Assembly: GCA_965204375.1 (NCBI GenBank)
Contig: OZ241986.1
Coordinates: forward strand, 2,848,001 to 2,912,000
Reading direction: 5' to 3'
Source: Candidatus Latescibacterota bacterium
GTDB lineage: Bacteria; Latescibacterota; UBA2968
Length of the DNA stretch: 64,000 nucleotides
Shown here: one piece after another, positions 52,046-62,064 of the stretch
How the letters are laid out: each line of letters starts with the position of its first letter
Position numbering within the stretch: position 1 is the first letter of the stretch
Translations under genes and position numbers: made by a program
The notes under the pieces: generated by a model
Seen by the model: the letters and a program-made list of their open reading frames with translations, nothing else
Told to the model about the DNA's origin: nothing
Database searches by the model: none

Positions 52046-53216
52046 CAGACGCCAACTTTTCCGCGCACATTCGGATGCGCGCCAGAGCCTTTTCGATATT
52101 TTCTACAGAATTCGCGTAAGAAAACCGCAAATAATCCTCGCCGTATTCCCCAAAACCCGACCCCGCCAGACACGCTACGTGTCCCTCATTCAAAATCACA
52201 TCCGCGACTTCCGCAGACGACTTGCCCAATCCCATAATATTTGGAAATGCGTAAAAAGCGCCCTCGGGCATCGGGCATGTAATCCCATCAATCGCATTCA
52301 ACCCCTCTACAATAATCGCACGCCGTTTGCGAAACGCAGCCATCATGTCCTCAACTGCATCCTGCGGACCCTTCAATGCAGCCACAGCCGCCATTTGCGT
52401 AAACGCAGCCGTACACGAATTGCTATTGACCATCAACCGATCAAAATGCGGCACGAGATCCATCGGCATCACACCATAGCCAATGCGCCAGCCCGTCATC
52501 GCATACGTCTTGGAAAACCCATCGAGAATAATCAACAAATCGGCCATACCCTCACACGCCGAAATACTGTAAAACGCATCGCCATAGACCATCCGGGAAT
52601 AAATCTCATCGGACAACACGGGAATCTGATGCTCGACCGCCACCTCGGCAATCGCCTTCAAATCACCTTCTGGAATCACACCTCCCGTGGGATTTTGAGG
52701 TGAATTTAGAATAATCAGCTTTGTGCGTTCCGTCACCAGATCGCGCAATTGATCCGCATTCAGGCTAAACCCGCGATCCTCCGTCAAAGGCACAGGCACG
52801 GGCTTAGCACCCGCAAAGCGAATCACCGACTCGTAAATCGGAAAACCCGGATTCGGATAAATCACCTCATCACCATGCTCTGCCAATGCGAGAATGGAAT
52901 AAAACATAATCGGCTTGGCACCTGGCGTCACCACCACCTGATCGGGATGCACGTCAATCTGTCGCGTAGTCGAAATCTCTTCGGCTATTGCCTCGCGCAA
53001 CTCGGGCAATCCCACGGGCGGACCGTAATGCGTAAACCCATCTGCCAGTGCTCTTTGCCCCGCCTCGACAATATGCGCGGGCGTATCAAAATCCGGTTCG
53101 CCAATTTCCAGATGCACCACATCGTGTCCCATAGCTTCCAGCGCACGCGCCTTTACCAGCACCTCAAAAGCAGACTCCGTACCCAACAGCGACATGCGAT
53201 CAGCAGTATTCATCAT
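52020..53216 (-). CDS. Class I/II PLP aminotransferase (aspartate aminotransferase-like)
   Basis: IGEPDF, NSPQNPTG, SDEIY, FSKTYAMTGWRIG. Confidence 0.95.
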   Translation of the reverse strand: MMNTADRMSLLGTESAFEVLVKARALEAMGHDVVHLEIGEPDFDTPAHIVEAGQRALADGFTHYGPPVGLPELREAIAEEISTTRQIDVHPDQVVVTPGAKPIMFYSILALAEHGDEVIYPNPGFPIYESVIRFAGAKPVPVPLTEDRGFSLNADQLRDLVTERTKLIILNSPQNPTGGVIPEGDLKAIAEVAVEHQIPVLSDEIYSRMVYGDAFYSISACEGMADLLIILDGFSKTYAMTGWRIGYGVMPMDLVPHFDRLMVNSNSCTAAFTQMAAVAALKGPQDAVEDMMAAFRKRRAIIVEGLNAIDGITCPMPEGAFYAFPNIMGLGKSSAEVADVILNEGHVACLAGSGFGEYGEDYLRFSYANSVENIEKALARIRMCAEKLASVKAGPGSV

Positions 53217-53222
53217 CTCACC

Positions 53223-53786
53223 TTACCGAATAACAATTGCGTGTGCAACTTCGGGACCGTGTACCCCCAGCGTCAGCCGCATTTCAATATCTGCGGTTCG
53301 GCTTGGTCCAGAAATAAAAGTCGCCGTTGCATTCTCGGGATGGTCCAGATAAAACTGGCGCAACGGCGCGGCGGCATCCCTCAAATTCTCCAGCAACGTA
53401 CTCGCCTTAAAAATACCGATATGTACGCGGGGCAACGTCGAAACAAGACGCACGGCATCATCCAGAGCAAACTCCACGAGACTTCCCGACTCTGCCACCG
53501 CAAAAACCGCCCAGGACACCCCCACCTCGGCAGCATCAATCGCGTGGGGCAATTCGGAACTGTCAAAGGGTGGCAGATGCACATCAATCCCCGCATCCAC
53601 ACACGCGCGTTCAATAGCATCGTCTAACCCATCGGGCAACTCGGCAAACACAACCCGCTTACAACCGACCTCCCTGAGCACACTGACCACAATGGGCGCA
53701 ACCGCATCAGCATTCTCAGCCACATGCGCGATACCGGACAAAGACGCGTACTTTTCGACAAAAGCATCAATCAACTCATCACTCAT
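53223..53786 (-). CDS. LUD/LutC (YkgG) domain protein
   Basis: AESGS, STLP..H, ISGPSRTADIE..L.LGVHGP. Confidence 0.9.
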   Translation of the reverse strand: MSDELIDAFVEKYASLSGIAHVAENADAVAPIVVSVLREVGCKRVVFAELPDGLDDAIERACVDAGIDVHLPPFDSSELPHAIDAAEVGVSWAVFAVAESGSLVEFALDDAVRLVSTLPRVHIGIFKASTLLENLRDAAAPLRQFYLDHPENATATFISGPSRTADIEMRLTLGVHGPEVAHAIVIR

Positions 53787-53858
53787 AATCCACCTATCAA
53801 TAGAAGTTTAAAAGACATTCAAATTAACGCGAAATACCTTTTGACGCAAGTACACATA

Positions 53859-53908
53859 CGGAGTACTCCGCTACTTTACCCTTTACCCTTTGCACTCTGC
53901 ACTTTATC
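53859..53908 (+). repeat. 12-bp palindrome plus heptamer tandem repeat
   Basis: CGGAGTACTCCG then CTTTACC CTTTACC CTTTGCA CTCTGCA CTTTATC. Confidence 0.7.
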
Positions 53909-53954
53909 TTATCCCCATTCCGCACGCACTATCCATTGTACACTGGAAACTATC

Positions 53955-54938
53955 ATGCACTCTCCAATACGCATCGCACAAATCGGCCTCGGGCCACTCG
54001 GCCAGATGCTCACCCCATATCTGGCAAAACGATCAGGCATTGAAATCGTCAGTGCCGTTGATATTGACCCATCCAAAACAAATCGTGACCTGGGCGAAGT
54101 GAGCCAATGCGACCAACCCCTCGGCATAGCCATCACCGATGATCTCGACAAGGGCTTGACCGACGCAGACCTCGCCGTAGTAACAACCGTATCAGAACTC
54201 CAACGCATCGCCCCCACATTAAAAGCAATTATCGACCAGGGCGTCAACATCGTCTCAACCTGTGAAGAACTGTCTTATCCCTGGACAACACACCCCGAAT
54301 TATCCGCAACCATCGACACCTGGGCAAAAGAACGCGAAGTCTCAGTTCTCGGAACCGGCATCAACCCCGGTTTTCTCATGGACTTCTTGCCCACAGCGGC
54401 CACAGGCGTGTGTCACACCGTGCAATCCATTCGCATAGAACGCATCCAGGACGCCTCCGCGCGCCGTCTCCCCTTTCAGCAAAAAATAGGTGCTGGCCTC
54501 ACAGTTGAAGAATTCCAGAGCCTCGTCGCCCAACAAAAAATCCGCCACGTCGGCCTCACCGAATCCATGCACATGATCGCCGCGCGATTGGGATGGCAAC
54601 TCGACCACACCGAAGATATTATAGAACCCGTTCTCGCAGAACCGGGACATTGTGCAGGCGTACTACAAACGGGACGGGGATACCACAACGGAAGAGAAGT
54701 CCTCACCCTCATCTTCAAAGCCGCCGTGGGACAACTGATACACAATGGCGACTCAATCGAATCCCAGGAGCGCATCCAGATCAATGGCACGCCCGCTTAT
54801 GACCTCATCATACCCGGCGGCATCAACGGCGACATCGCCACCTGTGCGGTCATCGCCAATGCCATCCCAATAGTCGCTTCTGCCGCGCCCGGGCTGCGCA
54901 CCATGATCGACATCCCCCCACTCTCCTGCGCCCAATAA
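53955..54938 (+). CDS. 2,4-diaminopentanoate dehydrogenase / DapB-like NAD(P) amine dehydrogenase
   Basis: IGLGPLG, STCEEL, GTGINPGF.MD, GDIAT. Confidence 0.8.
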   Translation: MHSPIRIAQIGLGPLGQMLTPYLAKRSGIEIVSAVDIDPSKTNRDLGEVSQCDQPLGIAITDDLDKGLTDADLAVVTTVSELQRIAPTLKAIIDQGVNIVSTCEELSYPWTTHPELSATIDTWAKEREVSVLGTGINPGFLMDFLPTAATGVCHTVQSIRIERIQDASARRLPFQQKIGAGLTVEEFQSLVAQQKIRHVGLTESMHMIAARLGWQLDHTEDIIEPVLAEPGHCAGVLQTGRGYHNGREVLTLIFKAAVGQLIHNGDSIESQERIQINGTPAYDLIIPGGINGDIATCAVIANAIPIVASAAPGLRTMIDIPPLSCAQ

Positions 54939-54953
54939 ATCCCTGAGGGATAA

Positions 54954-56834
54954 ATGCCACCTCTTCTAAGCGATTTTGACCTGCACCTGCACAGCGAAGG
55001 CAATCACCATCACATCTACGACTGCCTCGGTGCACATCCCACAGAAAAAGGCGTGCATTTTGCCGTATGGGCACCCAACGCCCGGCGCGTAAGCGTGGTT
55101 GGCGACTTCAACGCCTGGAACGGATGCCAGCACCCCATGCAAAACAGGGGCAGCACGGGTGTATGGGAACTATTCATCCCCGACCTGACGCCGGGCACCA
55201 TCTACAAATACGAAATCAAAACCCAAAACGGCGATATCTTTACCAAAAGCGACCCCTATGCCTTCTGCATGGAACACCGTCCGCGCACAGCCTCTGTCGT
55301 GTACCAGCCCGACGACGCCCTGTGGTCCGATACTGACTGGCTACAAACCCGCCAGAAAAGAGACCCATACACAGAACCAATCGCCATATACGAAGTACAC
55401 CTCGGATCCTGGCGGCGCAACCCGGATGAAGACAACCGATCGCTCACCTATCGCGAACTCGCGCATGAACTCGTCGAATACGTCCTCGAAATGGGCTACA
55501 CCCACATCGAACTCCTCCCCATCATGGAACATCCCTTAGACGAATCCTGGGGATATCAGGTCACGAGCTATTACGCGCCAACCAGCCGATTTGGCACGCC
55601 AGATGATTTCAAATATCTCGTCAACCACTGCCACATCCACGGCATAGGCGTCATCCTCGATTGGGTACCCGCACACTTCCCAACAGACGCGCATGGACTC
55701 GCCCAATTCGACGGTTCGGCCCTGTACGAACACGCCGACCCGCGGCAAGGAACACACCCCGATTGGGGCACTCTAATTTTCAATTACGGACGCAATGAAG
55801 TGCGCAATTTCCTCATTGCCAATGCCCTCTTCTGGATCGAAAAATACCACATCGATGGCTTGCGCGTCGATGCGGTTGCCTCCATGCTCTACCTCGATTA
55901 CTCGCGCAAAGAAGGCAAATGGATCCCCAACCAGTATGGCGGCAGGGAAAATTTAGACGCCATCGCCTTTATGCACCAGCTCAACACCCTGATCCACGAA
56001 AAATTTCCGGGCGTCTTGATGATCGCCGAAGAATCGACCTCGTGGCCCGGCGTCTCCCGCCCCGTTTATCTGGGCGGCCTCGGCTTTGGATTCAAATGGA
56101 ACATGGGCTGGATGAACGACACCCTGTCCTACATCTCTAAAGAACCGATCCACCGCAAATACCATCACGACAACCTCACCTTTGGCCTCGTCTATGCCTT
56201 TCACGAAAACTTCATCCTCGTACTCTCCCACGACGAAGTCGTCCACGGCAAACGCGCCCTCATCGACAAAATGCCCGGTGACCGCTGGCAAAAATTCGCC
56301 AATCTGCGCGCCTTTTACGCTTTTCAATACGCCCATCCCGGCAAAAAATTGCTCTTTATGGGCGGAGAACTCGGCCAGTGGCAAGAATGGAACTCACAGG
56401 AAAGCATACACTGGCACCTGCTCTCAGAACCCGACCACGCGGGCCTGAAGCGCTTTACGAGAGACCTCAACACCCTCTATCGGGGAGAACCTGCACTCTA
56501 CGAACAGGACTTTGACCCCGAAGGCTTTGAATGGATCTCGCTTCACGACGCCTCAAACAGCGTCCTATCCTTCCTGCGCCGCGCGCGATCACACGATGCC
56601 CCTTTGATCTTTGCCTGCAACTTTACCCCCGTCCCAAGAGAAAACTACCGCATCGGCGTACCCACCCCAGGCACCTATCGCGAACTCATCAACAGCGACG
56701 CCAAACGCTATGGCGGCAGCAACATGGGCAATCTCGGCACCGTTCAAACCGAACCCCTCGCAAGCCACGGTCATCCGCAATCCCTACAAATCACCCTTCC
56801 CCCACTCGCTGCCGTCATGTTTAAGCCTGAGTAA
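54954..56834 (+). CDS. glgB: 1,4-alpha-glucan branching enzyme
   Basis: [42 protein letters not shown]. Confidence 0.97.
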   Translation: MPPLLSDFDLHLHSEGNHHHIYDCLGAHPTEKGVHFAVWAPNARRVSVVGDFNAWNGCQHPMQNRGSTGVWELFIPDLTPGTIYKYEIKTQNGDIFTKSDPYAFCMEHRPRTASVVYQPDDALWSDTDWLQTRQKRDPYTEPIAIYEVHLGSWRRNPDEDNRSLTYRELAHELVEYVLEMGYTHIELLPIMEHPLDESWGYQVTSYYAPTSRFGTPDDFKYLVNHCHIHGIGVILDWVPAHFPTDAHGLAQFDGSALYEHADPRQGTHPDWGTLIFNYGRNEVRNFLIANALFWIEKYHIDGLRVDAVASMLYLDYSRKEGKWIPNQYGGRENLDAIAFMHQLNTLIHEKFPGVLMIAEESTSWPGVSRPVYLGGLGFGFKWNMGWMNDTLSYISKEPIHRKYHHDNLTFGLVYAFHENFILVLSHDEVVHGKRALIDKMPGDRWQKFANLRAFYAFQYAHPGKKLLFMGGELGQWQEWNSQESIHWHLLSEPDHAGLKRFTRDLNTLYRGEPALYEQDFDPEGFEWISLHDASNSVLSFLRRARSHDAPLIFACNFTPVPRENYRIGVPTPGTYRELINSDAKRYGGSNMGNLGTVQTEPLASHGHPQSLQITLPPLAAVMFKPE

Positions 56835-56852
56835 ACGATATACATGTTCTCC

Positions 56853-56881
56853 TTGCACACTAAGCATAACGTTAGTAAAAT
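56853..56881 (+). promoter_or_regulatory. Candidate sigma70 promoter for the methyltransferase-endonuclease pair
   Basis: TTGCAC-17 nt-TAAAAT. Confidence 0.45.
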
Positions 56882-57002
56882 ATCGACAGAGGAAACTATA
56901 TTGGGCTGATCTCTGTACTGTTTCAACCAATCTCTCCCCACAGTATCTCTTTCGTCATATAAAATTTTAATGTGGCTCCATACTCATAATTTGGGGGATA
57001 CA

Positions 57003-58055
57003 ATGTCCAGGGGTGCGAACTTTCAGATCGCAGATGTAATGCTATTTAACCAGGATGTTTTGGAATTATATGATAACTGGAAAACGCCAGATGTGATTGT
57101 TTCTGATGGAGGTTATGGCGTATCCGGCTTTAAGAAAGATGCCAAAGAGCCTTCAACACTAACAACCTGGTATCAACCACACATTCAAGCCTGGTCCCAA
57201 CATTCCAAGCCCGGTACGACACTCTGGTTTTGGAATACAGAAATCGGATGGGCTACTGTACATCCTCTGTTAGAACGCTCTGGATGGGACTATGTGTGCT
57301 GCAATATTTGGAATAAGGGCATACAGCATATAGCTGGAAACTGCAATCTTCCAGCTCTAAAAGGTTTTCCAATTGTCACAGAAGTCTGCGTACAATACGT
57401 CAGGCGTCCAGAATTTCAAGTTGACGACCAGATATTGACCTTGAAGAGGTGGTTGCGATTTGAATGGGAGAGAACCCAACTCCCTTTATACAAAACCAAT
57501 CAAGCATGTGGCGTGGCCAATGCTGCAACACGGAAGTATTTTACAAAAGATCATCTATGGTACGCACCACCCCCCGAACTTTTTGCAAAGCTGGTATCCT
57601 ATGCCAATCAACACGGTGAGGAAAGTGGTAAACCTTATTTTTCCGTGGATGGAAAAAAACCGCTTACCCAAAAAACATACGAACATTTTTTTGCGAAATT
57701 TAAAGGCAAATATGGTATAACCAATGTCTGGGAACACCCTCCGCTTCACAATAGTGAAAGAGTCAGATTGCCAGGATCGTCAAAATATGCCCATCTAAAT
57801 CAGAAGCCGCTAAAAATAATGAAAATGCTATTGGAAGTATCGTCTGAGCCTGGTAGCATTATTTGGGAGCCATTTGGAGGCCTATGTACTGCTGGATTGG
57901 CTTCATATCTTACCGAAAGACACGCTTACTGCGCCGAAATTGACAGTGAAATTTACCTGATTGCAGTTGATCGAATAAAGTCACATTCCGTACCACTCCT
58001 TGACATACCAGCAAAAAATAAGGCAAACAGAGGAGCCGTAGATGCCTATGCTTGA
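57003..58055 (+). CDS. N4/N6 DNA methyltransferase, beta-type motif order
   Basis: N-terminal SDGGY (motif IV position), HLNQKPL, WEPFGG (motif I), AEID. Confidence 0.85.
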   Translation: MSRGANFQIADVMLFNQDVLELYDNWKTPDVIVSDGGYGVSGFKKDAKEPSTLTTWYQPHIQAWSQHSKPGTTLWFWNTEIGWATVHPLLERSGWDYVCCNIWNKGIQHIAGNCNLPALKGFPIVTEVCVQYVRRPEFQVDDQILTLKRWLRFEWERTQLPLYKTNQACGVANAATRKYFTKDHLWYAPPPELFAKLVSYANQHGEESGKPYFSVDGKKPLTQKTYEHFFAKFKGKYGITNVWEHPPLHNSERVRLPGSSKYAHLNQKPLKIMKMLLEVSSEPGSIIWEPFGGLCTAGLASYLTERHAYCAEIDSEIYLIAVDRIKSHSVPLLDIPAKNKANRGAVDAYA

Positions 58056-58983
58056 TGTTCCGATAAAAATTGACCCAGATCCCGAATGGCCCCACTTCAA
58101 GATGTGGGAGCGAATAGATGATATTATCTACTCAATTCCCGCTTACTTCGAAACAGAATTGCTCATAAAAGGAATCAATGTCACTGAAATATTTTCAGTG
58201 GGAGGCGCGTTTGCTTCAGTTGTCGAAAACCAGGTTGTAGATATACTCAATAGTTTGCGAAATATATGGGATCCAGAAAGCGAATATGCTGATTATGCAT
58301 TTGTCAGACAATCTCAGACTTTTCCCGATGTTTTGCTGAGAAGTCTTCGAGATGAAAATGAGATACTATTCGGTATTGAACTCAAATCCTGGTATGTGCT
58401 CAGCAAAGAAGGTGAACCGAGTTTCAGGTATCAGGTGACGCCTGACGCATGTGCCACTGCTGATTTCATTGTTATTATTCCCTGGCTATTGTCAGAAGTA
58501 ATTTCTGGTACACCCAAACTGCTGATTCCTTACAAAGAATCGGCAAGATTTGCGGCTGAGTACCGAAATTACTATTGGCAAAATTCACGCCAGGAGCGAG
58601 ATGAAAATCCCAACATCCAAACACCACCTGAAGAGTATAGACATCCTTATCCGAGCAGCAAACAAGAATCGTCTGATAAAGCCGCAGCCGATAAGGGTGG
58701 AAATTTCGGCAGAATTGCCAGAGCGGGGATTCTCGATACATTCGTAAACAAGATCAAAGCCCTTGATTATTTGGGAATAAAAATTATCCATTGGATTATG
58801 TTTTTCAAGACGATTTCAGAAACCAGTACAGACGAACAAATCGGCAGAAGACTGCAAACACTAAAAGCTCAAATTCAGACCGATATGAGTGAATCTGAAA
58901 AAGATAGAAGGAGCTTTGAGTATAAAGAGTCGTTCTCTGATTTAGTGCAACAACTCGAAGATCTATGGCAAAAATCTTCGTGA
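58042..58983 (+). CDS. Putative type II restriction endonuclease (PD-(D/E)XK)
   Basis: VENQ helix, FPDVLL, GIELK; overlaps the methyltransferase by 14 nt. Confidence 0.7.
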   Translation: MPMLDVPIKIDPDPEWPHFKMWERIDDIIYSIPAYFETELLIKGINVTEIFSVGGAFASVVENQVVDILNSLRNIWDPESEYADYAFVRQSQTFPDVLLRSLRDENEILFGIELKSWYVLSKEGEPSFRYQVTPDACATADFIVIIPWLLSEVISGTPKLLIPYKESARFAAEYRNYYWQNSRQERDENPNIQTPPEEYRHPYPSSKQESSDKAAADKGGNFGRIARAGILDTFVNKIKALDYLGIKIIHWIMFFKTISETSTDEQIGRRLQTLKAQIQTDMSESEKDRRSFEYKESFSDLVQQLEDLWQKSS

Positions 58984-59009
58984 AATGACCGCAGATTCAT
59001 CTGATCTTC

Positions 59010-59200
59010 TGGTAGCTCGCACCACATGTTCAACGCCACTGTCTGCGATCTGAGCACCCTCAAAAAGATCAAACCCCAGATCATCCGCATCAATCTCCCC
59101 ATCACCGCACAAAATCACTACCCGTTCAACCGCATTCTTCTGCATACGGATATTACCCGGAAACACCTACCGCTGGATCAACTTCTCCGCCTCTCTGTCA
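59010..59200 (-). pseudogene. Relic of a sigma54 enhancer-binding (NtrC-like) AAA+ C-terminal segment
   Basis: DREAEKLIQR*VFPGNIRMQKNAVERVVIL resembles Y.WPGNIREL.N.VERAVIL; TAG at 59167-59169. Confidence 0.75.
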
Positions 59201-59305
59201 TTGGTATATGGCACAAAATACCACACATTGCCACTGCGTGAGCGATATGCAAAATCAGGCCTGATAAAGTTGATGGGGAGTGATTGGCAAAACAGGGAGA
59301 ATACA

Positions 59306-60001
59306 ATGTGTAAATTAAAGTCGTACCAGGTCGCCAAGCTCGTTCGGTGCCGGATCAATCTGAAAGATGCTAAACTTCACGAAGCGTATTATCCCGCCCA
59401 TTTGTCTATCGCTCTCATTGACGCCATCTTCAATCCGCAACTTCGTTATGAGAAACAGGTGGTTCCAATCATTAATAGATACTGTCGCTATTTCGGACTT
59501 TCTTGGACCAGAGCTGAAGAAGATCGAAGGAACCTGCCTTTGGTTGACGACCAAGAGACCTTAACGGATCTGATTGTTCATTACAAAAAATATGGCGTAG
59601 AGCGAATGATGAATTGTGTTTTTCAATCTCGATTTTGCTCACCCGGAACGAAAATTCGAAAGACAAAAAACGTCTATTGGGCTGCGCTTGCTCTCCAAAG
59701 AATCGGAATAGACAATCTTCAGGATGCGGCATCGGCCTGCCCTGAAGCAATCAAATGTGCGCTCCTGCCTCTGAAAGGGATCGGCAAACGGACGATCCAC
59801 ATGTTTCTGATGTATGTAGGTAACGACGATTTCGTAAAGGGAGATATACATGTCTGCAACTTCGTAAAAAAGGCTTTAGAGAAAAATGTTTCGCCGGAGG
59901 AAGCGGAGAGACTCGTCAGAAAAGCCGCACAGGATTTTTTCTCTGTTACGCCCAGGCTTTTGAGTTACAAGATTTGGGAATACGGCTCTCAGAAAATTTG
60001 A
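59306..60001 (+). CDS. HhH-GPD-superfamily DNA glycosylase-like protein
   Basis: LPLKGIGKRT hairpin followed by VKGDIHV; GGGAG RBS. Confidence 0.7.
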   Translation: MCKLKSYQVAKLVRCRINLKDAKLHEAYYPAHLSIALIDAIFNPQLRYEKQVVPIINRYCRYFGLSWTRAEEDRRNLPLVDDQETLTDLIVHYKKYGVERMMNCVFQSRFCSPGTKIRKTKNVYWAALALQRIGIDNLQDAASACPEAIKCALLPLKGIGKRTIHMFLMYVGNDDFVKGDIHVCNFVKKALEKNVSPEEAERLVRKAAQDFFSVTPRLLSYKIWEYGSQKI

Positions 60002-60017
60002 ACCGTACTCGACAAAA

Positions 60018-60070
60018 GCTCCTCCCTGCATCCTAAGCAGGCTTCATCAATCTCAACAGACCCAAGAATT
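60018..60070 (-). pseudogene. Possible IS1595-family transposase relic
   Basis: LGSVEIDEACLG resembles the G.VE.DE.Y.GG motif; short match only. Confidence 0.35.
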
Positions 60071-60406
60071 GGAGTTAGAGAAAGATCACCCCGGTAAGCG
60101 GTTGGCGACTGAGGTGCGCGTTTTAGAACGTCAGATGTTGACAGACGTATGACAGGGGCTATATTTTTCATGTGTCAGCAATGCTGGGCAAAGATTTTGT
60201 GTGAGAAAGGACAGCTTACGATTCTGGAACATCGTCAGAACACATACCTCGACTATGGAAAAGGCCCGAAACTGGCTTAGAGACCACGGCCAAATCCTCG
60301 AACAGAATATCTAATGAGAGCATTTAAATCTATAAGAAATCGGATATTGATCCTAATCGGGAATATATACTCACCGCACCAATCAACCTGAGACTTGAGG
60401 ATATAA

Positions 60407-61912
60407 ATGGCAAATCCAAAGGACATCGAACTTTTTTTTAAAGGTGTAGAGGCTTGGAATGAAGAGGTAGAAGCCCGGGACAGAGACGCGGACACTTTGG
60501 AAGAAAATCTGAAACTACAACGGAAGGGGAATTTCCAAATTGATCTAAGCGATGCAGAGATTGGCATTCTCATGTGGCGACGGATAAAGGAGCAGGACTT
60601 TAATTTTTTAGAACAAGCGACACATTACCCGAGGGCCAAGTTCATATTTTGCGATCTGCGTCATGCAGATTTTCAAATTATTTGTGGGTTCGACTTCCGA
60701 GCAGCAACATTCACATTCACAAATCTTCAAAGGGCAAATCTTACGCATGCCGATTTGACGCAGGCAAGCTTCATTGACTGTGATTTAGAGAACGCTGTTC
60801 TCGCGGGTGCCACTCTCGATGATGTATACTTCGAGGAAGCCAACCTGATAGGAACCGATCTAACGGCAACACGTCCTTGGCGTGCAGACCTATTCGAATC
60901 ACAGGAACAGATACCGGGCCCTGGAGCACCGAATGCGACATCTATCAGTTGTGTTGCCGACTTGATCGAGATTTGCTTGGATTTGCGCAAATGCAGCAAC
61001 TACGACAGAGACGCATTCAGGTTTTACTACCGCGGAGAACCGAAGCGATGGAAATTACGGCCGTCCGTAATGCGGCGGCGCAGCCATCGAGAAAAAGAAG
61101 GGCGGATGTTGCTTGATATGATGACACGGCGCCCGGAGGACTTCGCCAGCATGACGACAACGCTTTCCCAGTGGGTGCTTGCACAACATCATAGGCTTAA
61201 GACCCGGCTCCTTGACATTACCAAAAACCCTTTGGTGGCACTATTTTACGCTTGCGTAGGTGACGACTTCGATCAGGAAGAAGGACGCCTCCATGTATTC
61301 GCCGTTCCGCATGAACAGGTTAAATCATATGACAGTGACGCCATCAGCATTATCACCAACTTCGCAAAACTCTCACGCTCAGAGCAAAATTTATTGCTTG
61401 GCAAGAGACGCGGTGTTGAGTGGCATAAACATAAATATGCGGATGTGATGGGCAAGCTCTATCATTTCATTGGGCAGGAGAAACCGCATTTTCAACGTCG
61501 CATTGATCCTAAAGACTTCTTTCGTGTCTTCGTCGTTGACCCTCAGCAGTCAATCGAACGATTGCGTGCATAATCTGGTGCATTTCTGATTTCAGCGTTT
61601 CACGAGCGTTTTGAGAGCGATCGGATTCTACGATGGAACGAATACATCCCGACCTATAAACATTACACCTTGACAATTCCGCCCGATTGTAAGTGTCGCA
61701 TCCTGAAGGAACTGAGTCTCCTAAACATTACTTACGAGACATTATTTCCCAGTCTCGATGAAACGGCAAGGGCAATCACAAATGAGTATAAATCGTCAGT
61801 ATCAAATCGAAATGATACTGAGTACAGACGAGCCAACGGCATATGGCAGTCTGCACATGGCTATCTTCCTTTAAAGAGGTCTGATATACCTCCAGATAAG
61901 CGCAGGGAGTGA
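60407..61912 (+). pseudogene. Pentapeptide-repeat + FRG-domain fusion with one in-frame TAA (61571-61573)
   Basis: GVEAWN, A.L..A.L repeats, YYRGE, AQHHRLKTRLLDIT.NPLVAL, RLRA*SGAF; the same frame continues through ETLFPSLD to 61912. Confidence 0.85.
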
Positions 61913-62064
61913 CCAGACCTGATGATAGTGAACCGATTCACGCCAGACGCTATTTTCCTGCAATTGATAGATACCGCCGTCTGCCGGAGTTCCTCATTCG
62001 ATTGGTAATGTTCAGAATAGACACCACCGAGTTCTACCTCTAAACTCATCTACACCAAAAATTT

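Noticed and set aside
59167-61573. Stop-codon recoding suggested by in-frame TAG and TAA
   Set aside because: Two different stop codons, both in accessory or decayed genes, while core genes end normally at TAA, TAG and TGA
61861-62049. 62-aa minus-strand ORF after the ABC permease
   Set aside because: No recognisable motif, overlaps the end of the FRG frame, and cannot be supported as a gene
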